A stretch of DNA of 36,028 nucleotides, taken from the NCBI GenBank assembly GCA_051747805.1, contig JBNJGP010000020.1, positions 1 through 36,028 of the forward strand, in the 5' to 3' direction. The position numbers and the translations under genes were made by a program. This document shows positions 17,091-26,742 of this stretch, piece by piece. The stretch is from Candidatus Muiribacteriota bacterium. GTDB taxonomy: Bacteria; Muiribacteriota; Muiribacteriia; Muiribacteriales; Muiribacteriaceae. The notes beneath the pieces were generated by a model, which saw only the letters and a program-made list of their open reading frames with translations, ran no database searches and was not told where the DNA came from. Positions within the stretch are counted from its first letter, which is position 1. Every line of letters starts with the position of its first letter.

Positions 17091-18065
17091 TTAATCCTCA
17101 CTCTTAAGGAATTTAAGATTTAAGAAAGTTATAAATATAGTTATAAACAGCAGCACATAGGAAATTGCAGCCGCATATCCCAGCTTTAAGCTTCTGAAGT
17201 TTCTAAACAGATGATATCCTGTAACTCTTGTAGCGCCCTGTGTAGTTCCTCCAAAAAAAGGAACCGATTCTGAAATTGTTACATTAGGTCCGCCAGAAGT
17301 CATTATATAAATTTCTGTAAAAGCATTCAGAGAGGCTATAAAACCGGTAATTACCATAAAAAGAATTATTGGCTTCAGCATAGGTAATGTAATAGAAAAA
17401 AAAGTTTTTATTTTACCGGCGCCATCAATTTTTGCAGCCTCATATAAATCTTGTGGAATATTTTGAAGGGCAGATAAAAACAAAACCATTCCAAAACCCG
17501 CCCCTTTAAGCGTCAGGGCAAAAATAATTGCAGGTAACGCAGTAAATGGATTTCCTAAAAAGCCCGTTCTTGCAAAATTATTATAGATGAAATCTGCCAC
17601 AGACGATATTCCAATAATATTGAGCTCTCCAATTTTATCAAGAAACTGGAGCAAATAACCGTATGGTGCACTATATATCAATGTCCATATAATGCTTACA
17701 ACAAGAATATCAAGTACATTAGGCAAAAAATAAGCGCTTCTGAAAAAAGTTTTCCCGGGCAGTTTGTTTGAAAGAAGTAAAGCAAGCATCAAGGCTACAA
17801 ATATACCAAAAGGAATGTTAATTAAAGCATAACAGAAAGTTATCAGCACTGACCACCAGAACTCTCTGTCCTGAATAAGCTCCCCATAATGTTTGGTTCC
17901 TACAAATTCGAGACTTGAAAAAACTTCTGATAAATCACCAACTTCATGAAAAGAAAGAAAAAGTGAATAAACTATTGGATAGGCTAAAAATAAAATAAAA
18001 ACAAAAAGAAAAGGAGCTAAAAAAATAATTGATTCTATAGTTTCTTTGAATTTTCTGGATTGCAT
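17091..18065 (-). CDS. Carbohydrate ABC permease (MalF/UgpA-like)
   Basis: YPIVYSLFLSF, IPQDLYEAAKIDGA, ITLPMLKP, LGYAAA. Confidence 0.92.
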   Translation of the reverse strand: MQSRKFKETIESIIFLAPFLFVFILFLAYPIVYSLFLSFHEVGDLSEVFSSLEFVGTKHYGELIQDREFWWSVLITFCYALINIPFGIFVALMLALLLSNKLPGKTFFRSAYFLPNVLDILVVSIIWTLIYSAPYGYLLQFLDKIGELNIIGISSVADFIYNNFARTGFLGNPFTALPAIIFALTLKGAGFGMVLFLSALQNIPQDLYEAAKIDGAGKIKTFFSITLPMLKPIILFMVITGFIASLNAFTEIYIMTSGGPNVTISESVPFFGGTTQGATRVTGYHLFRNFRSLKLGYAAAISYVLLFITIFITFLNLKFLKSED

Positions 18066-19195
18066 TATTCTTTATCCACCCTAATTTTTTTATCAAACCT
18101 GAGTTTTAGATTTTCATTATAATTATAAAAAGAAGAAAAATCAACCAGCCTGTTTGCAAGATTTTCTGGAAATTCAATTCTGACTTTCTTTTCCGGGTTG
18201 TTTTGTTCTTTTATTTCGATTTTATTATCATTTAAAAATATTTCTAAATTTTCTCCTCTGAAATCATCAAATGAGGTTTCAAAATAAATATCAAGCAATG
18301 GAAAAAAAGGAACTTCAATTTTATCAACTTTGAACTCATAAAGAGGATGGGTTGAAACATTATAAATTACAATTCTATTGTTCAGCGAATCACAAATATA
18401 AAGCTTATTCTTAAAAATTTTAAAATCAGATGGGAAATTCAGTCTGTTTTTTTCAAACCCATATCCTCCCTTTTTTTCAATTAGATTAGCTGAATTATCA
18501 AAAATTTTAACAGAGGAATTTCCCCAGTCAAGAATATATTTCCGATCTAGAGAATCTTTTTGTATTCCTTCTATTTTATAAAAATCAGCTTCATCATTTT
18601 TAAATTCTTTTATAAAAGTTCCTTTTATATTAAATAAGTAAATACTGCTGCTACTCCAGTCGGCGATATAAACTCTATTATCTGTTAAAAAAGATGCGCT
18701 GGGAGAAAACTCTTTTCCATCAGGTGTAATACATTTTATCGTTTCTACAAGTTTCCAGCTGTCACTGTATATTTTAACCTGACTATTTCCATAATCTGAA
18801 ATAATAAATCTCCCTCTTGAATCTCTATCAAGCGAGGATGGTTGATAGAGATTCTGTGCCATTATATCTATAAAAGTTCCGCGACTGTCAAACTTTAATA
18901 CATTTCCATTGTGAGAATCAAGCACATATACAAAATCAAAACCATCTATTTCAACATCCACAGGCATTTTAAGTTGATTAACACCAAACTTCATTTGAAA
19001 ATTACCCTCTGAATCAAAACGGAAGACAGCTCTTTCTTTCTGATCACTTATATAAATATAGTTATCACTTACTGCAACAGCGGATGGAAATACAAAAGAA
19101 TCATATGAAATTATTCTGTTAAATGTAAGAATTTCTGCTCTTAAAAAGAAAATTGAGTATAATAATATAAAGAGTAATAAAAAACGTGTTTTCAC
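18065..19195 (-). CDS. Secreted NHL-repeat beta-propeller protein
   Basis: Signal peptide; repeated P..V.V....IYI.D..N..V..FD..G units. Confidence 0.8.
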   Translation of the reverse strand: MKTRFLLLFILLYSIFFLRAEILTFNRIISYDSFVFPSAVAVSDNYIYISDQKERAVFRFDSEGNFQMKFGVNQLKMPVDVEIDGFDFVYVLDSHNGNVLKFDSRGTFIDIMAQNLYQPSSLDRDSRGRFIISDYGNSQVKIYSDSWKLVETIKCITPDGKEFSPSASFLTDNRVYIADWSSSSIYLFNIKGTFIKEFKNDEADFYKIEGIQKDSLDRKYILDWGNSSVKIFDNSANLIEKKGGYGFEKNRLNFPSDFKIFKNKLYICDSLNNRIVIYNVSTHPLYEFKVDKIEVPFFPLLDIYFETSFDDFRGENLEIFLNDNKIEIKEQNNPEKKVRIEFPENLANRLVDFSSFYNYNENLKLRFDKKIRVDKE

Positions 19196-19992
19196 TACTT
19201 AGTCCTTCTAATATAAACTCCTGAAATCTTTTCAGAATCGAGTTTCTGCGAAAAATCCCGGGCCTCTTCTTTTGATTCATAAAAACCAACCCATACTTTA
19301 AAAAAATTTTTTTCTTTTACTATTGTTGATTCAATTCCATCAAAACGCAGATTATTTTTCATAAATGCCGCGTCTTTTAAGTCTTCAAAAGCTGCAATCT
19401 GAATTGTCCAGGAATCTTCTATCCCATCAAGTGGCTTTACAATCTCATTATCAAGTTCATCTATTTGCTGATTTTCTTCTTTTTCTTCTTTTTCTTCGTT
19501 TTCTTTTTCTTCTTCCTCTTTTTTAATCTTTTTTTCTTCTTCCTCAAAATCAAGTTTTTTGTACTGCTTTTTTTCACTTAAAAGAGAAACACTGGCAGGA
19601 AAACCTTCAGATATAAAATTATCAGCTATATTATGTGCCTGCCTGCGATTATTAAGTTTTCCAGTATTAACATAAATGCCATCATCTTTTCTGTATATAT
19701 TAAAATTCGATATTTCATTAACTAAAACAAAATTCCGGGCAGAATCAAAGTCTGGAAAACGTCCAATTTCTACAGTAAAATCATTTTCGACTTCCTCTAT
19801 TTCATCTGAATGAGTTTCTTTTTCCTCGCCATTTTCCATATGCCCAGAAACTACAGTTTCTTTTTTTTGTGTATTATCATTTTTGAAATAAAAAAACAAC
19901 GAAAAGGCAATTATTATAAGAATTAAAGCTGAAACCATAAATTTTTTGCGATTAGCATCTTTTTCTATCTGTTCCCAGTCAAAATTACTCAT
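19195..19992 (-). CDS. Membrane-anchored protein with two SPOR domains
   Basis: TM, then FTVEIGRF...A and WTIQIAAF...FFKVWVGFYESKEEA, separated by an E/K-rich linker. Confidence 0.8.
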   Translation of the reverse strand: MSNFDWEQIEKDANRKKFMVSALILIIIAFSLFFYFKNDNTQKKETVVSGHMENGEEKETHSDEIEEVENDFTVEIGRFPDFDSARNFVLVNEISNFNIYRKDDGIYVNTGKLNNRRQAHNIADNFISEGFPASVSLLSEKKQYKKLDFEEEEKKIKKEEEEKENEEKEEKEENQQIDELDNEIVKPLDGIEDSWTIQIAAFEDLKDAAFMKNNLRFDGIESTIVKEKNFFKVWVGFYESKEEARDFSQKLDSEKISGVYIRRTK

Positions 19993-20031
19993 AACCCTCT
20001 CCCTGTTTTTTATACAAGTTAAAACTTTACT

Positions 20032-21009
20032 TTAAAAAATTTTTCTTTTACACTTTGAACATCTTCCCTCTAAATCCTTTCGCTTTATATTATAAAAATT
20101 CCTTTCAATTATCAAATTTCCGCATTCAGGACATTTTGTTGAGCTTTCCTGTACAGAGTTACCGGGATATACATAGTTGAGTTTTTGTGAGGCTGTTAAA
20201 ATAAATTTTTTAAGCTCTTCTTCAGAAGTAGGGGGCGAATCAGCTTTATATTGAGGAAAATATCTTGAAATATGAAGAGGAATATTTTCAGATATATCCG
20301 ATATCCAGCCTATCATTTCTTTGAATTTTTTTATATTTGAATTTTTTCCCGGAATAAGCAAAAAAGTAATTTCAATGTGTTTTCGGGCTGAATATATTTG
20401 TTTTATTGTTTCTTTTACTGGAGCTAACATTCCCTGACACTGGGTTTTATAAAAACTCTCATCAGCACTTTTTAAATCAACATTAAAAGCATCTGTAAAA
20501 GGAAGAATTTTTTCTAATGGAGCCTCGTTAATCATGCCATTTGTTACATAAACATTTTTTAACCCTTCTTTTCTGCATAATTCGGAGCATTCATAAACAT
20601 ATTCAAAATTAATAAAAGGTTCATTGTAAGTATATGCAAGCCCTATATTCCCAGGAACTGATTTTACCTTTTTTATTAACTCTTCAGGTGTGATTTTTTC
20701 CCCCTCGATGTAATTCTGGCTAATTTCGTGATTCTGACAAAAGTTACAATGCATATTACAGCCAGAAAATCCAACCGAAACAATATTTTTTCCAGGAAAA
20801 AAATGATAAAGAGGTTTTTTTTCAACAGGGTCTGCAGAAAGCGACACTACATTATTATAATTTCTAGAATAGAGTTTGTTTTTTTTTCTAATATAATTTC
20901 CACAATCACCTGTTTTATTTTCTTTATCAAAAAAACAGTTTTTAGGACATAATTTACAGAATATTTTATCTGTTTCCGGTATATATTTGTAAAAAAAAGC
21001 TTCTCTCAT
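20032..21009 (-). CDS. amrS: AmmeMemoRadiSam-system radical SAM enzyme
   Basis: CKLCP..C, DPVEKKPLYHFFPG, CNMHCNFCQN, YTYNEP, LHISRYFP. Confidence 0.88.
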   Translation of the reverse strand: MREAFFYKYIPETDKIFCKLCPKNCFFDKENKTGDCGNYIRKKNKLYSRNYNNVVSLSADPVEKKPLYHFFPGKNIVSVGFSGCNMHCNFCQNHEISQNYIEGEKITPEELIKKVKSVPGNIGLAYTYNEPFINFEYVYECSELCRKEGLKNVYVTNGMINEAPLEKILPFTDAFNVDLKSADESFYKTQCQGMLAPVKETIKQIYSARKHIEITFLLIPGKNSNIKKFKEMIGWISDISENIPLHISRYFPQYKADSPPTSEEELKKFILTASQKLNYVYPGNSVQESSTKCPECGNLIIERNFYNIKRKDLEGRCSKCKRKIF

Positions 21010-21986
21010 TAAATTTCCTTCATTTCAATAGCTTTTTTCGGACATTTTTCATAACAGATTTCACATCCTATGCATTTACTAGTTATTATACTGAATGGCT
21101 TTTTAGGTTCTCCTTCCACCGCATCTTTAGGGCATACTTTTTTACAAATAGAACAACCAATACAGTTTTCTTCAATTACAAATGCTTTTTTCGTTACAGT
21201 AACATTTGAATCAATAACTTTAACAGGACATTTTTCATAACATAAATTGCAGTTTCTACATAATGAATAATCTATATAAGCAATGTTATTAGTAATAGTT
21301 ACAGCATCAAACGGACATACTTTCTGACATATTCTACATCCTATACAGCCTCTTTCACATATTTTCTTTACTTTGGCCCCTTTATCCTCAGAATTACAGG
21401 TAACCCTTACTTTAGAATCACAGGGCACAAGGCTTAAAACATTTCTTGGACACTCTTTTATACATTTTCCGCATCCAGTACATTTTTCTTCATTAATTTC
21501 CACAAGTCCAGTTTCTTCGTTAACAAAAATTGCATCAAACGGACATACTTTTTCACAGGTTCCATACCCAAGACAACCGTATTCACAGGCTTTGAATCCG
21601 CCAGAAACAAGCTGAGCCGCTTTACAGTCTTTTATTCCGCTATAAAGAAATATATCTTTTGTATCAATATTACTTCCTTTACATTTTAAAAAAGCTACTT
21701 TTTTTGTTGATTGAGTTCCTTTTTTTCCCATAATATCACAAATTTTTTCCATAACCTCTTCACCGCCCGGAATACAGGCATCTGGCTCTACCTTGCCTTT
21801 TACAATTGCTTCGGCAAGCCCGATACATCCAGCATACCCACACGCACCACAGTTTGAGCCCGGAAGTATTTCATCAATTTTTTCAATTCTTTCATCAACC
21901 TCTACATGAAATAATTTAGATGCTATTCCGAGTAAAAGACCAAAAATCAACCCAAGTGAACCTAATCCTATAATAGCAGTCTGCAT
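21009..21986 (-). CDS. rnfB: Rnf complex subunit B (polyferredoxin type)
   Basis: LPGSNCGACGYAGC, many CxxCxxCxxxCP motifs; last gene of rnfCDGEAB. Confidence 0.93.
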   Translation of the reverse strand: MQTAIIGLGSLGLIFGLLLGIASKLFHVEVDERIEKIDEILPGSNCGACGYAGCIGLAEAIVKGKVEPDACIPGGEEVMEKICDIMGKKGTQSTKKVAFLKCKGSNIDTKDIFLYSGIKDCKAAQLVSGGFKACEYGCLGYGTCEKVCPFDAIFVNEETGLVEINEEKCTGCGKCIKECPRNVLSLVPCDSKVRVTCNSEDKGAKVKKICERGCIGCRICQKVCPFDAVTITNNIAYIDYSLCRNCNLCYEKCPVKVIDSNVTVTKKAFVIEENCIGCSICKKVCPKDAVEGEPKKPFSIITSKCIGCEICYEKCPKKAIEMKEI

Positions 21987-21997
21987 TTATATCCTCC

Positions 21998-22579
21998 TTA
22001 TAGTATTCCTACAAATCCCATAAATGCCAGAGAAAGAAGTCCGGCCATAACAAAAACAATTCCAGGCCCATCAAAGCTTCTGGGTAACTCTGCCAGCTCA
22101 AGTCTTTCTCTCATTCCGGCCATAAGCACTAAAGCAAGTGTAAATCCCAGTGCAACACTTATACTGTGAATTAAAGTTTCTATTAGATTGTACTCAGCCT
22201 GAATATTAATTATTGCCATTCCAAGAACTGCACAGTTTGTTGTAATAAGCGGGAGAAATATTCCCAGAGCCTGATAAAGTGCGGGAAGAAATTTCTTCAT
22301 AAAAAGCTCGACAAACTGAACCAGCGAAGCTATAACCAGTATAAACATAATTGTTCTTAAATACTCAACATCAAACTTCACCAGAATATACTTATTTATA
22401 AACCATGTTACAATTCCAGCCAGTGTCATACAGAACATAACTGCAAATCCCATTCCTATAGAAGTTTCGATTTTTTTTGAAACGCCTACAAACGGGCATA
22501 AACCTAGAAATCGTGATAAAACAAAATTATTAACAAAAATTGCAGAAATTATAATTGTAAAAATTCCACCAATTTCCAT
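21998..22579 (-). CDS. rnfA: Rnf complex subunit A
   Basis: NNFVLSRFLGLCPF, LGIFLPLITTNCAVLG. Confidence 0.95.
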   Translation of the reverse strand: MEIGGIFTIIISAIFVNNFVLSRFLGLCPFVGVSKKIETSIGMGFAVMFCMTLAGIVTWFINKYILVKFDVEYLRTIMFILVIASLVQFVELFMKKFLPALYQALGIFLPLITTNCAVLGMAIINIQAEYNLIETLIHSISVALGFTLALVLMAGMRERLELAELPRSFDGPGIVFVMAGLLSLAFMGFVGIL

Positions 22580-22582
22580 AGA

Positions 22583-23173
22583 TTAACTCCTTTGACCAAG
22601 ATAATTTTTTAAAGCAACTATAAAACCAAGAGACAAGAATGCTCCCGGCGGAAGTATCATAATCAAAGCTGGTTCAAAATTACTTCCAAAAATAGATATA
22701 TCAAGCAAAGTTCCGTTACCAAGCACCTCACGTACAGCACCAAGTATTGCTAAGGCAAGAGTAAACCCAAGCCCCATTGACAGGGCATCAATAAATGAAT
22801 CAAAAAGGGTATTTTTTGAGGCAAAAGCCTCTGCTCTTCCCAGTATAAGACAGTTAACAACAATCAACGGAATAAAAAGTCCCAGCTTCAAATATAAAGC
22901 ATGAAAATAGGCGTTCATCAGCATATCAACAATAGTAACAAAAGAAGCTATAATAACAATAAAAATAGGTATTCTGATTTTATTTGGAACAACAGCTTTC
23001 ATTAATGAAACAACGAGGTTTGAGCCAGTAAGAACAAACATGGTTGCCAGTCCCATTCCTACTCCGTTTTCCAGAGAATTTGTTACTCCAAGAACCGGAC
23101 ATAATCCAAGCATAAGCACAAAAACAGGATTTTCATCCAATATGCCGTTTTTAAGCTTTTTTAATATATTCAT
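22583..23173 (-). CDS. rnfE: Rnf complex subunit E
   Basis: ENPVFVLMLGLCP, IPLIVVNCLILGRAEAFA, ILPPGAF. Confidence 0.95.
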   Translation of the reverse strand: MNILKKLKNGILDENPVFVLMLGLCPVLGVTNSLENGVGMGLATMFVLTGSNLVVSLMKAVVPNKIRIPIFIVIIASFVTIVDMLMNAYFHALYLKLGLFIPLIVVNCLILGRAEAFASKNTLFDSFIDALSMGLGFTLALAILGAVREVLGNGTLLDISIFGSNFEPALIMILPPGAFLSLGFIVALKNYLGQRS

Positions 23174-24192
23174 TTAATACCTCCAGATAATATTTCAAGA
23201 AACTCTTTTGAAGTTTTTCTTACTCCATCTGAAACGGCTTCTGCGGTAATTGTTGCCGCGGTTATATTATCAATTTTCCCCTGAGGATTCTCAGCTTTTA
23301 AATAAATTTGCTCTGCGCTCAGGCCTTCAAATTGATTTTGAAACCAATCTTCAGTGCATTTTGCCCCAAGGCCCGGCGTTTCCTGTTGTGAAACTATGTT
23401 AATACCGGTTATAACTCCATCATTATCAATTCCTATAATTGTATTAATTTCTGAGCTGTAACCCTGCGGAGAAGCCGATAAAACATAACCAAGAAAGTTA
23501 TCTCCTATTTTTACGCTATCATATTCAAAAAAGTCATATTTAAGCTGTTCGTTAAATTCTTCTATTGTTTCATCATTAAAAATTACTCTTCCTTCGGCCT
23601 GAATTGCCTCAATATATGTGTCATCGATCTTTTTTAAGTAAACTTTATTATTGTTTTCGTCTTTTTCAAAGTAAAGCATTGACTCCCTGAATGGAACATT
23701 TATATAGCCACTATCATCGCTGACAGGAGAAGTTTTAAGGTTCTTTCCAAAAACATCTTTTATTACTTTGTTACTTTCAAAAACTACCTCGTTCATAAAT
23801 GCATTATAAAGAGCGTTATAAAATTTATTATGCTTTTGAGGAATTGTCTGGAAATCTATAACTTGTTCGATTTGAATATTTTTTGTAATCTCCCTGATCT
23901 CCTCAGCTGAAAGCTCAAAATAAGAAGAATCAAAATCTATATTTGTAAATGCAGTATTTTCAAATTTAAATCTCATTAAAATTTTATTTTCAGATTTAAA
24001 TTCATACTCCCCATCCGGAAATAAAGTAAGGTCAATTTTATCTGCAAAAAACAACTCTCTTTTAGCCTCTAATTTCCTCTCTATTGCATACTCTGTAATG
24101 ACAGGCGCTGTAAGGCTGTTAACATAAGCAAGCGAAAAAGCTGCTACTACACAGAACAGCATTAATGTAATTCCAAGTTTAATTGCATTCAT
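23170..24192 (-). CDS. rnfG: Rnf complex subunit G (FMN-binding), unusually long
   Basis: N-terminal TM, GYSSEI, QETPGLGA, DNITAATIT; lies between rnfD and rnfE. Confidence 0.88.
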   Translation of the reverse strand: MNAIKLGITLMLFCVVAAFSLAYVNSLTAPVITEYAIERKLEAKRELFFADKIDLTLFPDGEYEFKSENKILMRFKFENTAFTNIDFDSSYFELSAEEIREITKNIQIEQVIDFQTIPQKHNKFYNALYNAFMNEVVFESNKVIKDVFGKNLKTSPVSDDSGYINVPFRESMLYFEKDENNNKVYLKKIDDTYIEAIQAEGRVIFNDETIEEFNEQLKYDFFEYDSVKIGDNFLGYVLSASPQGYSSEINTIIGIDNDGVITGINIVSQQETPGLGAKCTEDWFQNQFEGLSAEQIYLKAENPQGKIDNITAATITAEAVSDGVRKTSKEFLEILSGGIK

Positions 24193-25215
24193 TTACTTCA
24201 CCTCCCCGTATATTCGAGGTTTTGTTAAATTATCTATAAGAGGAGTTGCAGAGTTCATTATTAAAATAGCATAACATACTCCTTCTGGGTAACCTCCGAA
24301 AATCCGTATTACAGCAACTAGTATTCCGCAGCCTATTCCAAAAATCATTCGCCCTCTCGGAGTTATTGGTGTTGTTACCATATCAGTTGCCATAAAAAAT
24401 GCTCCCAGTATTAACCCGCCACCTGTAAGATGATATAAAACATTTCCTGTAAAAGGTTCGGGTCCACCGAAAATATAGGCTAAAATTAAAGTTGTTCCAA
24501 TAAAAGTTACAGGAATATGCCAGGTAATATGTTTTTTATAAAACCAGAGATAAAATGCTCCCAGAAGCAATGCTATGCTGGAGGTTTCTCCAAGTGAACC
24601 TGAAATATTTCCAAGAAACATTTCAGATAGAGGAAACTTATCATAAACCTGAGCAAATACCCCCGGGTCAGCTCCATCTTTAACCTGCAAAACAGCATCT
24701 TTTACTGCTCCCAGTGGCGTGGCTGAGGTTGTAAACTCAGTTAAACTAAACCATTTATCGCCTACAAAAGCTTCGGGTCCACCCCAGGTGGTCATATAAA
24801 CAGGCCAGGAGGCAAGAAGAAAAGCTCTACCTACTAAAGCTGGGTTAAATATATTAAATCCCAGTCCACCAAAAACCATTTTTCCAAACACCATTGCAAA
24901 AACAGCTCCTATTGCTGCTATATACCATGGAGTAGCCGGTGGCAGACAGAAAGCGAGCAGCACTCCGGTAACCACTGCTGAATAGTCATTTATTGTGTTT
25001 TTTCTATTCATTATTTTATTTGAAAAGTGTTCACTCATCACACAGAAGAAAACACACGTTACAACAAGTATTAGCGCCTTTATTCCAAAGAAAAATAAAC
25101 TTGCAATAAATGCTGGAATCAAAGCTATAATAACATCAAGCATTGTTGAAGAAACTGTATAACTTGATTTTATATGAGGTGCAGGCGTCACATTAAGTAT
25201 ATTATTATTCTCCAT
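24193..25215 (-). CDS. rnfD: Rnf complex subunit D
   Basis: FGGLGFNIFNPALVGRAFL, TSATPL, GSLGETS, FFMATD, GGYPEG. Confidence 0.95.
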   Translation of the reverse strand: MENNNILNVTPAPHIKSSYTVSSTMLDVIIALIPAFIASLFFFGIKALILVVTCVFFCVMSEHFSNKIMNRKNTINDYSAVVTGVLLAFCLPPATPWYIAAIGAVFAMVFGKMVFGGLGFNIFNPALVGRAFLLASWPVYMTTWGGPEAFVGDKWFSLTEFTTSATPLGAVKDAVLQVKDGADPGVFAQVYDKFPLSEMFLGNISGSLGETSSIALLLGAFYLWFYKKHITWHIPVTFIGTTLILAYIFGGPEPFTGNVLYHLTGGGLILGAFFMATDMVTTPITPRGRMIFGIGCGILVAVIRIFGGYPEGVCYAILIMNSATPLIDNLTKPRIYGEVK

Positions 25216-25231
25216 ATTTAATCTCCCTCCA

Positions 25232-26548
25232 TTAACTATTTTTCATTTTTCTAATCTCAGATTTTGCAAGTTTAATATATTGAACAATATTAATTTTAGA
25301 TGGACATACATAAGAACACGAACCACATTCAACACAATCATCAGCTTTAAAATCAACGGCTTTTTCCCATAGATATTTTTTCGATACCTTGGCAAGCTCA
25401 GAAGGAATTAAAAACTGAGGACAAACATCCACACATTTAGCACATCTTAAACATGGGCTTTCTTCATAATCAGTCATCAGGTCATCAGGCATAATTAATA
25501 TACCTGACGTAGCTTTAATAAACGGCGTGTCTATTTCATGCTGAGCCATACCCATCATAGGCCCACCCATTATAATTTTACCGGGTTTTTCAACAAAACC
25601 ACCACAGAAATTTATAATTTCTTCAAAAGAAGTTCCTATACGGACAAGAAGATTCTGCGGCTGCCTTACGCCATATCCTGTAACCGTTAAAGCTCTTTCC
25701 ACAAGCGGTTTTCCTCTTGAAACAGCCTCATAAACGGCAAGTGCAGTTCCAACATTCTGTACAACAGCACCTGCATCCATTGGAAGCCCGCCCGATGGAA
25801 CTTCTCTATCGCATATCGCTTTTATCAAACTTTTTTCTGCGCCCTGGGGATATTTTGTCTCAAGCAATATGGGTTTTATACCGGTATCATTTTCGAGCAT
25901 CTTCTTATACGCATTATATGCACCAGTTTTATTAGACTCTATTCCAATATAGGCGGTGCTGAGTCCAAGAATCTGCATCATTATTCTAGTACCTTTTATA
26001 GTATCCATTGTTCGCTCTATCATAATTCTGTAATCACAGGTTAGATAAGGTTCACATTCGGCAGAGTTTATAATTAGTGTATCTACTTTTTTGCCTTCTG
26101 GCGGACTAAGTTTAACAGAAGTCGGAAAAGCTGCTCCACCCAGTCCAACTATCCCTGCCTCAAAAATATACTCTAAAAGTTCTTTTGAGGGTTTGTCCTC
26201 AAAATAGTCTATTTTTCTCTGTTCTACCCATTCATCACGGCCTTCCCCTTCAATTGTTATGCATATTGATTTTTGTCCAGTACATATGTTTCTTTCCGAA
26301 ATATCTGTAACTTTTCCGGTTATACTGGAATGAATATTAGCCGAAATAAATCCGGACGCCTCTCCAATTTTCTGACCAGTTTTAACGTAATCTCCCACCT
26401 CAACAAGCGGGGTCGCCGGTGCACCAATATGCTGGCTCATTGGAATAACCACTTTTTTTGGGACCGGAAGATTATTTACCGGAATTTCTTTTGTTAACTC
26501 CTTAGAATCTGAAGGATGAATTCCATGTGGAAACGTTTTAAGCTCCAT
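25232..26548 (-). CDS. rnfC: Rnf complex subunit C
   Basis: QHIGAP, GIVGLGGAAFPT, AECEPYLTCD, YPQGAEK, GGPMMG, two 4Fe-4S motifs. Confidence 0.95.
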   Translation of the reverse strand: MELKTFPHGIHPSDSKELTKEIPVNNLPVPKKVVIPMSQHIGAPATPLVEVGDYVKTGQKIGEASGFISANIHSSITGKVTDISERNICTGQKSICITIEGEGRDEWVEQRKIDYFEDKPSKELLEYIFEAGIVGLGGAAFPTSVKLSPPEGKKVDTLIINSAECEPYLTCDYRIMIERTMDTIKGTRIMMQILGLSTAYIGIESNKTGAYNAYKKMLENDTGIKPILLETKYPQGAEKSLIKAICDREVPSGGLPMDAGAVVQNVGTALAVYEAVSRGKPLVERALTVTGYGVRQPQNLLVRIGTSFEEIINFCGGFVEKPGKIIMGGPMMGMAQHEIDTPFIKATSGILIMPDDLMTDYEESPCLRCAKCVDVCPQFLIPSELAKVSKKYLWEKAVDFKADDCVECGSCSYVCPSKINIVQYIKLAKSEIRKMKNS

Positions 26549-26622
26549 ACTTTCCCCTTCCTTTATAGAATCTTTAAGTTTTTAAATTAAAGCTTCTATA
26601 TTAATTTTAATTTTTCTTTCAC

Positions 26623-26651
26623 AGTATAAAAAATAACTTAAATAAAATCAA
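26623..26651 (-). promoter_or_regulatory. Putative sigma70 promoter of the rnf operon
   Basis: TTGATT (26651-26646)-17-TATACT (26628-26623). Confidence 0.55.
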
Positions 26652-26669
26652 ATTATTACTGCTGTGAGT

Positions 26670-26704
26670 CAGCAATTCTCAATTTAGCCGAAAATCCTTT
26701 AGTG
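26670..26704 (+). mobile_element. Truncated copy (left end) of the 6961-7087 MITE
   Basis: CAGCAATTCTCAATTTAGCCGAAAATCCTTTAGTG, 34/35 identical to 6961-6995. Confidence 0.8.
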
Positions 26705-26742
26705 TTAGAGCAAGAGATTAAAATTTATGTTATAATTCAATC

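Noticed and set aside
19470..19545. TTC/TTT-rich low-complexity stretch resembling the heptamer arrays
   Set aside because: It encodes the E/K-rich linker of the SPOR protein, has 3-nt periodicity and lacks the GT-anchored heptamers.
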